This document shows, in pieces, positions 19,748 to 28,900 of a stretch of 64,000 nucleotides of DNA. Where the stretch lies: positions 9,405-73,404 of the forward strand of contig PMCA01000027.1 of NCBI GenBank assembly GCA_003153935.1. The letters are read 5' to 3'. The stretch is from Elusimicrobiota bacterium. GTDB taxonomy: Bacteria > CAYTYR01 > UBA6262. A program made the translations under genes and the position numbers. The notes under the pieces are model-generated. The model worked only from the letters and a program-made list of their open reading frames with translations, ran no database searches and was not told where the DNA came from. Numbering within the stretch: position 1 is the stretch's first letter; the number at the start of each line of letters is the position of its first letter.

Positions 19748-21021
19748 CCGTTATACTCCTCGCTTTTCGCAGTTTTTAGGAATTGGCTCAGTTCGTCCAG
19801 CTTTATATCTTTTTGTTCCTTGGTTTGCATGTTACGCAGGGTCACGCTGTCTTTTTTTAGTTCCTCTTCTCCCAGTATGGCGGTAAACTTCGCTCCGCTC
19901 TGGTCCGCAAGCCGCATCTGGCTCTTCAAGCTCTTGTTCTCGAAAACCGCTTCTACTTTAATTCTCTGTTGCCGTAATTCACGTATTACCCCAGCCGCCC
20001 GGTTTTGCGCCTGTTCTCCCAGCAGGGCGAAGAAAATATCGATCCTGTTCCCAGGAGTCGCGACCGCTTTTTGTTTCTGCCGGACCTCGCTCACTCTTTC
20101 CAGCCCCAAGGCGAACCCCACGGCCGGCATGGGCGGGCCGCCCAGTTCCTGCACTAATTTGTCATATCTCCCGCCCGCGGCAATAGTATCCTGGGCTCCC
20201 AGGTTCTCGGATTTTATCTCGAACACGGTGCGGGTGTAGTAATCCAGACCGCGCACCAGGTATTTATCGATAATAAAATTAACTTTTTCTTTTTTCAGGT
20301 CGGCTTCGATCTCAGACAGGTTGGTTTTGCAGGCGTCACACAGCCAATCCTGCATCGCGGGGATACCGAAGATTATTTCCCGGCAGGAATCCACCTTGCA
20401 GTCCAGCACCCGCAGCGGGTTCTTTACCGCCCGCCGTTGGCAATCGCCGCATAATTTACCCGTCTGGTCCTGCAAGTATTTTTTAAGGACTTCCCGGTAA
20501 GCCGGCCGGCAATCGGCACAGCCGACGCTGTTCAAGCATACTTTCAACCCCGTTAAACCGATAGCGGCGAAATAATCCACGCACCAGAGGATAATCTCCA
20601 GGTCCCGGCGGTAATTATCCGATCCGACGCATTCAGCGCCAATCTGGTAGAACTGGCGGTAACGCCCCGCCTGCGGCCGTTCATAGCGGAACATCGGCCC
20701 CAGGTAATAGAGCTTGGCGATATTGCTCTGGACCAGCAGGTTTTGTTCGATCGCTGCGCGTATCACGCCAGCGGTCCCTTCCGGGCGCAGGGTGAGGTTA
20801 CGGCCCTTTTTGTCCTGGAAAGAATACATTTCTTTTTCCACGATATCGGTATCCTCCCCGATACTGCGGTTAAACAGCGCTGATTCCTCGAAAATGGGCG
20901 TGCGTATTTCACTAAAGCCGTAAGCCTTAAGCAAGGCTACGGCTGTGTTTTCCAAATATTGCCAGAGCTCGATCTCGGGGGAAAAAACATCCCTGGTCCC
21001 GCGTACGCTTTTGAATTTCAC
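19744..21021 (-). CDS. hisS: Histidine--tRNA ligase
   Basis: LRPEGTA, MFRYERPQAGRYRQF, LVRGLDYY, GGRYD. Confidence 0.97.
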   Translation of the reverse strand: MKFKSVRGTRDVFSPEIELWQYLENTAVALLKAYGFSEIRTPIFEESALFNRSIGEDTDIVEKEMYSFQDKKGRNLTLRPEGTAGVIRAAIEQNLLVQSNIAKLYYLGPMFRYERPQAGRYRQFYQIGAECVGSDNYRRDLEIILWCVDYFAAIGLTGLKVCLNSVGCADCRPAYREVLKKYLQDQTGKLCGDCQRRAVKNPLRVLDCKVDSCREIIFGIPAMQDWLCDACKTNLSEIEADLKKEKVNFIIDKYLVRGLDYYTRTVFEIKSENLGAQDTIAAGGRYDKLVQELGGPPMPAVGFALGLERVSEVRQKQKAVATPGNRIDIFFALLGEQAQNRAAGVIRELRQQRIKVEAVFENKSLKSQMRLADQSGAKFTAILGEEELKKDSVTLRNMQTKEQKDIKLDELSQFLKTAKSEEYNG

Positions 21022-21031
21022 TCTTACTCCT

Positions 21032-21952
21032 TTACAGCCGGTAAGTTACGCTATCCACGCCACGGTTGGTGGCATTTTCCAGCACCTGCAGCGCCTGTTC
21101 CCGGATATGGCTCAGCTGCTCCGTATTCTCTACCCGTCCCTGGCCATTGAATACTTCCAGCATCAATACGTCCTTATAACCGATATCCTGCAGGCTGGAC
21201 ATGATCCCCGGCCAGTAGATCTGGCCGTTGCCCGGAGTTAAATGGTCGTCATACTGGCCATGATTGTCGGACAGGTGCAGGGCGATGATCCGCTTGTTGA
21301 GATTTTTCAGCGCCTCAACCGGGTCCTGCGCCAGGTTGGCGTGGGAAGTATCGAAACACACTCCCACCGTCGGCGACTGCAATTCGTCCACCAGACTGTT
21401 CAGGTCTTCTACACGCCCGCCCAGCAAATGCGGCAGGAGGTTCTCCACCGCCAGCCTGATCTTCTTCAGCCGGCAATACTCCACCAGCTCTTTCAAACTT
21501 TCCCGGCACTTGGCCAGCCGCCGGTTCTTTTCGTCCCAATTATTCAGGTCAAAGGGCTGGATGCTGGGATGCACGATGGCGATCTCGCCGCCCAGGTATT
21601 CCAGGACATCGATTCCCTTCTTGAATTCCCAGATGGCATGCACGCGCGTGCGCTCATCCTGACAGGCGATATCCAGCTCCGGGAAGACCGGCAGGTGCAG
21701 GGAATGGACATGGATATTGAATTCCCGCAGCTTATTACGCAAATTGTAGGAATGGATCTTCTGCTGCCAGATCTCCAGTCCTTCTTTCAGGAAAAAGTTG
21801 GCATGCTGGGTACCCAGGTTATTAGCGGAACCCCACTCCATCGTATCCAGGCAGATCTCAATGATCTCGAACCCCGCCTCTTTGATAAACGGCAGATGCC
21901 CGATCAGGTCCTGGTCATGGAACAATCCGGTAGAAATCCCCAATTTTACCAC
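21032..21952 (-). CDS. AP-endonuclease-2/xylose-isomerase-like TIM-barrel metalloenzyme
   Basis: SLHLP, IVHPS, LAVENL, CFDTSHAN, LHLSDN, DDHLTPGNG, MLEV; GTG start with SD GAGGGGAG. Confidence 0.85.
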   Translation of the reverse strand: MVKLGISTGLFHDQDLIGHLPFIKEAGFEIIEICLDTMEWGSANNLGTQHANFFLKEGLEIWQQKIHSYNLRNKLREFNIHVHSLHLPVFPELDIACQDERTRVHAIWEFKKGIDVLEYLGGEIAIVHPSIQPFDLNNWDEKNRRLAKCRESLKELVEYCRLKKIRLAVENLLPHLLGGRVEDLNSLVDELQSPTVGVCFDTSHANLAQDPVEALKNLNKRIIALHLSDNHGQYDDHLTPGNGQIYWPGIMSSLQDIGYKDVLMLEVFNGQGRVENTEQLSHIREQALQVLENATNRGVDSVTYRL

Positions 21953-21996
21953 ACGAACTCCCCTCGGTTCAGGTTGGTAAAACAGCCCCTAAATTC

Positions 21997-23391
21997 CTAT
22001 TGTATTTTATAATTTTTCAAATTATGTCCGCACCAGGGCTTGACGCAGTAACCCTTCTCCTGGTGAGAAATGCAATTTAAGTCCTGCTCGTTATCGATAT
22101 GGTCGGCGAGCAATCCCGCGAACAGCCGCACGTAAAACTGCGCCCGCGTGCAGGGATCGTATCTCTTCCAGAAATCACCCCATTTATAATCGCGCTCATA
22201 CCGTGACCTGATCAGCCCGGCGATATGCTTAGGATGCCAGTTCAGTTTGGTCAACAGCCGGGTGATCAGCTGGATATTGGTCGGCTTCAGTAAATTATTA
22301 TTCGGGTAACGCAACGCGTGCGCGGCGCAGGCCGGCAGATCGTCAATATGGAAATAGTCATAAGAGCGCGGCCATTCGACCGGCGAATGCATATATTCCT
22401 GATCAAAGTATTTATGAAATTTAATCAATTGGGAATGCTTATAACTGTTGATCAGTTTCATCACCGCCGCCGACGCGTCCGGTATAACGGTATGGATGTG
22501 CGCGGCGTAATCGGCGGCCTGCTTATAATTCTGTCTGATCAGCAGCATATCCTCCAGGCTCAGCTCGATCCGGGGAATGGTCACCTGTATCGGCGTGGCG
22601 TCGGCCACCTGCTCGGTAAATTTCTGCTTCTGGACCTTATGTTTCTGGTACAGGCTGAAAGCGCAGCGAGTATCGCGGATGTTCATCGGGTCCCCGTACA
22701 TGGACAGGTCCAGGTTGATGGCCTCGCGGCCCTCGCCGCCCTTGCCTACCGCCGTGTCCGTGCAAACCACCGGCAGAGGACTGACCAGCTTGATCTCCTT
22801 GATCACCTGGTGCGACACATATTCCAGCAGCCGACCCATGCCGTCATGGGCCAGGTTGAAGCGCAGGTTATTCAGGTTTTCCAATGAAAGATCGCGGGTC
22901 GCGGCCAGGTTATCGCTGAGCTTGCCGATCTTTTCCAGGGCCTTATTGGTCCGGGAATCGCGCTTGATCTCGAAAGCGAAATGATATCCCTGCCCGGTCA
23001 TGATCACCAGCGGATGTATTTCCAGTCGGTGGAAGACTTTTAAAATAGCCTTATAGACCGGCTCGATCTTGGTAAAGACTTCCTCCGGCTGCAAATACGC
23101 TTTGCCGGGGAAATCCATGTTAAAATATTCTATATCCAGTATGCCAATCGTAAAATTTACGTCACTGACCGAGCGGAATATATCCAAACCTTTTTCCAGT
23201 ATCCAGTCGAACTTATCCTTGGTAGTGGAAATAAAATTGCGGGCGTTTATGTCTTCCTGCTGCAGCACCGTCCCGTAACCGACTAAATACTGGGCGGAGA
23301 ACCCCATCGGATCCTGCACTTCGCCCCCGCAGTATTCCGCAATGCGTTTTCGCACATGCGAGTTCTTGTAAAACTCTTTGTCTGGCGTCAT
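21997..23391 (-). CDS. Putative archaeo-eukaryotic primase-polymerase (AEP) with PriL-like Cys-rich C-terminal domain
   Basis: Motif I GILD86IE88, motif II T132GQGYH137, motif III INLD228 followed by RDTRCAFSLYQK; C-terminal LPAC355 ... C440-x8-C449-x4-C454. The ORF is solid; the function is motif-based inference. Confidence 0.65.
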   Translation of the reverse strand: MTPDKEFYKNSHVRKRIAEYCGGEVQDPMGFSAQYLVGYGTVLQQEDINARNFISTTKDKFDWILEKGLDIFRSVSDVNFTIGILDIEYFNMDFPGKAYLQPEEVFTKIEPVYKAILKVFHRLEIHPLVIMTGQGYHFAFEIKRDSRTNKALEKIGKLSDNLAATRDLSLENLNNLRFNLAHDGMGRLLEYVSHQVIKEIKLVSPLPVVCTDTAVGKGGEGREAINLDLSMYGDPMNIRDTRCAFSLYQKHKVQKQKFTEQVADATPIQVTIPRIELSLEDMLLIRQNYKQAADYAAHIHTVIPDASAAVMKLINSYKHSQLIKFHKYFDQEYMHSPVEWPRSYDYFHIDDLPACAAHALRYPNNNLLKPTNIQLITRLLTKLNWHPKHIAGLIRSRYERDYKWGDFWKRYDPCTRAQFYVRLFAGLLADHIDNEQDLNCISHQEKGYCVKPWCGHNLKNYKIQ

Positions 23392-23441
23392 AATCTGGGT
23401 ATTTACCCTCGCGTTTTACGTGACGTTTTCTAAATTATGTT

Positions 23442-23470
23442 ATTATATCGCTATTGACGGATTAATGCAA
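23442..23470 (-). promoter_or_regulatory. sigma70-type promoter for the AEP-like gene / hisS-aspS operon
   Basis: TTGCAT(23470-23465), 17-nt spacer, TATAAT(23447-23442). Confidence 0.7.
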
Positions 23471-23490
23471 CAAATTTATATAAGCAAAAA

Positions 23491-23574
23491 CAGTTTTAAG
23501 TGTTAAGTGAAAAGTGTTAAGTTATGGTGATTTTTTACCACAACTTAAAACTTATAACTTATAACTCAAAACTG
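23491..23574. repeat. Heptamer-armed inverted repeat element B
   Basis: AGTTTTA AGTGTTA AGTGAAA AGTGTTA AGTTATG, spacer, CACAACT TAAAACT TATAACT TATAACT CAAAACT. Confidence 0.88.
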
Positions 23575-23577
23575 CTT

Positions 23578-24672
23578 TTATTTTAATTCCAGGACTTTCT
23601 GGTAGGCGTGTTCGGTGTTGACGGCGAATCTGTCCAAGGTGTATCTTTCTTCCATCTGGCGCCGGGCTTTGGCGCCCATACGCTGGCACATATTCTTGTC
23701 TATCAGCAGTTCATATAACCGCTGGGCCATGGCCTCATGGTCGCCAGGGTCGACCAGGTAGCCATTCTGCATATCGCTGACCAGTTCAGGCAGGCAGCCT
23801 ACTTTAGTGGCCACTACCGGTTTGCCGCAAGCCATCCACTCCATGGCCGCCCGGGAAATGGCTTCGCTGCCAACGGAAGCTATCACCCCGATATCGCAGG
23901 CGTTCATGATCTCCACGATCTCTTCCCGCCGGCCGGCGTAAATTATATCGTCCTGCAGACCCAGGCTATAAACTGTTTCCGCCAGTCTTTTCCATTTAAT
24001 GTTCTCTTCCTTGCCCACGATCAGGAACTTCACCTTAGGGAAAATATCTTTTATCATTTTAGCGGCCTGGATGAAATTACTGTGGCCCTTGATCGGGTCC
24101 AGTCGGCCAACTATTCCTACTAAAGAAACCCCGTCCTCGATCTTGAATTCCCGGCGGATCTTGTCGCTGCTGAAGCCCGGCTTGAAAAAACCCGTATCGA
24201 TACCCTGGTAGATGGTCACGAACTTATAATCCGGCAAGCCCAGGCTTTCGATACAACCCTGGCGAATGAATTCTGCAGCGCAAATAACCAGGGCGCTCTT
24301 TTCGTATAGATGCTTGTTGGCCGGGTTGGCATTAGGAGCGCGGATATCCCCGCGTGTGCGTACGATGGGGATCTGGCTCAAAGTTGTGCGCAGGCAGAAA
24401 TAGGCCCAGAAGTGGCTTTGGCCGCCATGGGCGTTAACCAGTTCTATTTTCTCCCTGGTGATGGCAGTGCGGAAATTAAAAACATTCACATCGGTAAAAT
24501 TCACCGGTAAAGTCGGGATACCCAGGCGCGCCGCCTGCAGTAACGGCGGCTTGTTGGGCCAGCCGCCGACGATCACCTTATGCCCGTGCCACATCATCGC
24601 CTGTGACAGGGTGAGAGCGTAGTTGGTTATCCCGCTATCCCACGGTTCGTCTATCAGTTGCAGTATATTCAT
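23578..24672 (-). CDS. Glycosyltransferase family 4
   Basis: GRLDPIKGH, SEAISRAAMEWMACGKPVVATKVG (EX7E motif). Confidence 0.9.
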   Translation of the reverse strand: MNILQLIDEPWDSGITNYALTLSQAMMWHGHKVIVGGWPNKPPLLQAARLGIPTLPVNFTDVNVFNFRTAITREKIELVNAHGGQSHFWAYFCLRTTLSQIPIVRTRGDIRAPNANPANKHLYEKSALVICAAEFIRQGCIESLGLPDYKFVTIYQGIDTGFFKPGFSSDKIRREFKIEDGVSLVGIVGRLDPIKGHSNFIQAAKMIKDIFPKVKFLIVGKEENIKWKRLAETVYSLGLQDDIIYAGRREEIVEIMNACDIGVIASVGSEAISRAAMEWMACGKPVVATKVGCLPELVSDMQNGYLVDPGDHEAMAQRLYELLIDKNMCQRMGAKARRQMEERYTLDRFAVNTEHAYQKVLELK

Positions 24673-24688
24673 GTTGGCCTTTCCGGTA

Positions 24689-25930
24689 TTATCCGCTGCG
24701 CTCTGTCTTATACCACAGGGCTTTTTCCTTTTTTATAAAATCCTTAATGAAAGCGGATATTACCACCACCAGCCAAAGCTGGCAATAGGTGAAATACATC
24801 AGTATAACGTAAAAAATATTGGTGACGCTGTCTTCATTCGATTCCCGCGAAAGCATCAGTACAATCTCGCTGACGAAAAGCATGTAGGCGGCTATCCAAA
24901 CTTCCAGGAACGGCCCCTGTATCCGGATATGGACCAGGTTCAGCAACCCGAGGATAAAGAATATATCCGATGAGATCATGGCCAGGAAAAATACGTAATA
25001 CATTACAAAAAACAGCAGGAATTCTGTGCCTATCGCCTTATTCTTGAACGCCTTGAATTCAGCCAACACCCTGGTCAGCACATAATTATTCCCTCTGACC
25101 CAGCGTTCTCTTTGACGCAACCAGACCTTGACTTTTTCCGGTTCCTGCTCCCTGGTAATAGCTTCCGGCACGAAACAGATCTTCCCGCCAGCCCGGTAAA
25201 GCCGTAAGGACAGCTCCGCGTCTTCGGTCAAGGCCTTCTCATCCCAACCGCCTACCGCCTGGACTGATTTTTTCCAGATGACAAAGTTGGTACCGGGAAG
25301 GATGGCAATATTGAAGAAAAATGAGCGGCCCGCCTGGATGATCCATTGGAAAGTCAAGGATTCAATATTAATGAACCTGGTAAGCAGGTTTTTATCCTTA
25401 TTAATGGTGCGAAATTTGCCTATCGCCGCTACTATATCTTTTTTGGTCACCAACTCCCGTACTAGTATTTTCAGGGATGCAGTCTCTGGACGGTTATCCG
25501 CGTCGTAAACCGCAATGATCTCCCCGCTGGTCCGCTCCAAGGCGATATTTAATACGCGAGACTTACCCTGACCGCTCTCGGCCAGCGGGATATTTATTAC
25601 CTTCAGCCGACTGTCGTTGATAGATTCCAGAATCTCCCGGGTACGGTCAGTGGAGCCGTCATTGATGATGATAACCTCTATCTTATCCGCCGGATAGTCC
25701 AAGCGAAATAAACAAGAAACCGTTTCCGCGATGACCTTCTCTTCGTTCCGGGCGGGGATGATAACGCTCACCAAAGGCCAGTCCTTAAAACCAGGGGCCA
25801 TTATACTCGCCTTGTTTTTTCTCCGGCTGTAAAGATAGCCACCAAAGGTAAGGATTACCTGATACACCAGCATCAACCAGATGATGGCTACGGAGAGCAA
25901 ATAAATTGATTCAAAAATAATATCGGTCAT
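24689..25930 (-). CDS. Processive membrane GT2 glycosyltransferase (YdaM/PgaC-like)
   Basis: IPARNEE, NDGSTD, YDAD, LTED, QRERW (D,D,D,QxxRW); flanking TMs. Likely start ATG 25930, just after the upstream stop. Confidence 0.9.
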   Translation of the reverse strand: MTDIIFESIYLLSVAIIWLMLVYQVILTFGGYLYSRRKNKASIMAPGFKDWPLVSVIIPARNEEKVIAETVSCLFRLDYPADKIEVIIINDGSTDRTREILESINDSRLKVINIPLAESGQGKSRVLNIALERTSGEIIAVYDADNRPETASLKILVRELVTKKDIVAAIGKFRTINKDKNLLTRFINIESLTFQWIIQAGRSFFFNIAILPGTNFVIWKKSVQAVGGWDEKALTEDAELSLRLYRAGGKICFVPEAITREQEPEKVKVWLRQRERWVRGNNYVLTRVLAEFKAFKNKAIGTEFLLFFVMYYVFFLAMISSDIFFILGLLNLVHIRIQGPFLEVWIAAYMLFVSEIVLMLSRESNEDSVTNIFYVILMYFTYCQLWLVVVISAFIKDFIKKEKALWYKTERSG

Positions 25931-25932
25931 GA

Positions 25933-28900
25933 TTATGGCCACCATTTCCTTTTAATCTGTATCGCCAGGAACAAAGCGATGAAAGTAACGCTGGTAAAGA
26001 ACCCGAAAATAAAGATGAGCGAGAATAACACTACTCCGGAGGTTTCCACCAGGCGGGCCAGGCCGCCGGCCACTACGATCTTTACAACGTGAGTACCCCG
26101 CGGTAGCCTGACGGAGTAACCGGTATCGCCCTCGTAAATTTGGCAATTGGCGCGATTATCGTCCACGTATATCCTGGCCGGGATCTTATTGATTATGGCA
26201 TAGCAGGCCGACCGTTCAGCGCTGTAAGAGAATTCTATGGCATTATTGGAAAAGTTGGCCCATTTGAGTTCTCCGGAAATATAGCTAAGCCGGGGCTTCA
26301 TGCTGGCCATATCGAAATACCGGGGTTCAGCTTCGAACTTCAGGGTATGTTCACCAGCCGGGACCACCACTTCCTCGCCTTCCCCGGCAAACCAATTATC
26401 ATCATCCAGCTTGGTGATCAATCCCTGCCGGCCGCTCCTGATAGTGACCATATAAGGAGTATTGATCTTCCATTGTGTATCGGATTCAGCTTTAATGTTA
26501 ACATCACGCGCCAGCACCGAAGAAATATTCCGGTAATCGTTCTCATAAATAGTCGCCTCGGAATAGAATACCGGCCGGCTCTTCGTCAGGTCCATGTTGT
26601 AAGCGATCTGCCTGATCTCCTCGCCGGTCGGCTTTTCCGCCGGCAGGCCGCCCTCACCTTTTTTATGATTGTCCAGGATATTACAGTCTAATGCCAGCTG
26701 GTCGTCCGCTTTGATGAATTTACGGTAATAATTACCCAGGGTGAGATAACGATCGGGCTTCCCGCTCCAGAACGGCAGGGAATCCTCGACCTGTAGAGTG
26801 AGATCGTATTTTTTCTGCAAGCTGATCAGGTTATCGGTACTTTCCCCCAGGTAGTCTTCCAACTGGGGCGCCTGGCTGGTATCGATAGCGGTCATTACTA
26901 TCTCAAAATCCTTTTTCTTCTGCTGGATGCCGGACAACATGTCCAGGTAATAGGTTTTCAGGCGGAAACTTAAGTCCCGGCGGTAGCGGGCCAGTTTCCC
27001 CCAATCTTCAGGATGGTTCTGCCAGTAATGCGCGCTCTGCGGGTCGAATATCTGCAACGGGTCGAACCCGTATATTCCCGTGAATTCTTTCCTTACCGTT
27101 TCGTTCATGGGCGTAAAATTCTCGGGATAGGCCGGCCCGCCGGCAGACTCGAAATAAAGCTCCGAGAGATTAACGCCATCCCAATCGTACCTGGTAAGTA
27201 AAGCGCTGATCTCGGAAAACGCTTTCTGCCGGCAATGTTCGTCAGCCAGGTTCATTAAATTACGCCACGAAACCTTACCGTCTTTCAGCTTAGCGGTCTT
27301 CTCCCGCCATTCCGGATGTTGGTCCCAAAAACGCTGGTTGACCATGGGCGGTTCCAGCCAGCAATAGACCAAAATGCCGTTCTGGTGGCAGACCTTAAGT
27401 AAACGGGCGTAGTCATAGGAATACTTGCTATAAAAATGCCAGCCCCCGGCATAGATCTTCTGCACGCCATATTTTCTCCAGAGCACGGCCAGTTTCTCAA
27501 TACTGATGAACTGTCGCATCCCGGGATCAAAATACATCTCCGCGGCCTTGCGCTCTGCCAGCAACGGATAATTAAATACGCTGGTCAATGTTTCCGCGAG
27601 AAAAGGGAAACGTGAATAACCGCGATCGCTATCCGGGTCAAAATAAGTGGCATAATAGAGGAAACCGCCTTTGCCTAACCTCCCACCGACGGCCACCGGC
27701 AGGTTGGAAGATTCTTCGGCGCTTATAATTTGATAATCCTTGTCCGCTGATTTGTATATCGGCTTAACGCCGGCGGTTTTGGACCAATACAGCGGCAGAT
27801 CCGGAAATTGGTTATCGCGTATCTGCTTGACCAGGATCGACTCTTCCTGCAGTTCTATTCCCAAGGCATCGCCCACCTTAGTCGCTCCATCGGTAACCAG
27901 ATCGGCGCCGGAGCTTATGGCCTCCAACAAGTGTTTAATTTCCTCTGCTTTTAAATTTTTGGCGGCGGCATAAGGCAGGATGATAAGGTCATAATCACGC
28001 AAATCGAGATTAAGGATATCCTTGCTATTCAGGTCCTGGAATTTTATCCCGGCCACGGAGAGAGAGAATTTTAGGGATTTAAGATCATTGTTCTCCTCCC
28101 TGGAAACAGGCGGGACCGGAGGGTCAATAAAAGCCACGTCCATAACTTCATTCAATTTTCCGCCTGATTTTTTTGCGCTTATCCGGCGCAGGTAACTCAA
28201 GTCAGTCTTCGCCAAGTGCCACATTTTTTTCCAGAACCCCGGCTCCAGGTTCTCCTGGGGTTTGACCACTACGTACTCTCCCGGACCGCACTTTACCGGC
28301 ACGGTATTTTGCTGGCCAGCGGTATTTACCAGGATTTGCTGGCTTACCTCCTGGCCCTGTAAATTAAAAGTTTTTATGGCCAGGTACTTATCGTTGCTCA
28401 AGACGCTGACATCGGTTGTTTGCGAGACTATGGCCTTATCTTTGGCCCTGACCTCCGGAGAGAACTCCTTAATATCCCCGAACACATAGCCTAATTTCCT
28501 GACGCCTTTGACTATCTGGCGCAGGTAAGATATGTCGATGATCGGGTGGAAAAAGAAACTGGCAAAACCATCCCTGACCGAGAGATTAAGCCGGGCGGCA
28601 TCGATGATCTCCTGGGCGTCCGGTTTATCCAGGTGCACATAGCCCAGGTTTTCCGGAATAGTTTCTTGCCCGAAGATATCCGTGACGCGGTAGGGAAAGA
28701 ACTGGTCGGTGCCCAGGAAATTCCTGACCCGGCGGCGTTCATAGACCAGTGAAAAATATTTCTTGATGGCGTGGTAAGCGTTATCCGAGGCGAAATAGTG
28801 CGGCGTTTCCCAGACCAGGGGATAGATATCATTGCTGAAGCATTCCCGCAACCCCTTCTCGATCCGCAGCGCGGCGTTATCATAAGAGTCTCCGCGCACC

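Noticed and set aside
21032..23574. Prophage or integrative element carrying the AEP-like gene
   Set aside because: No integrase, helicase, att-like direct repeats, tRNA target or structural genes seen; the flanks are housekeeping genes.
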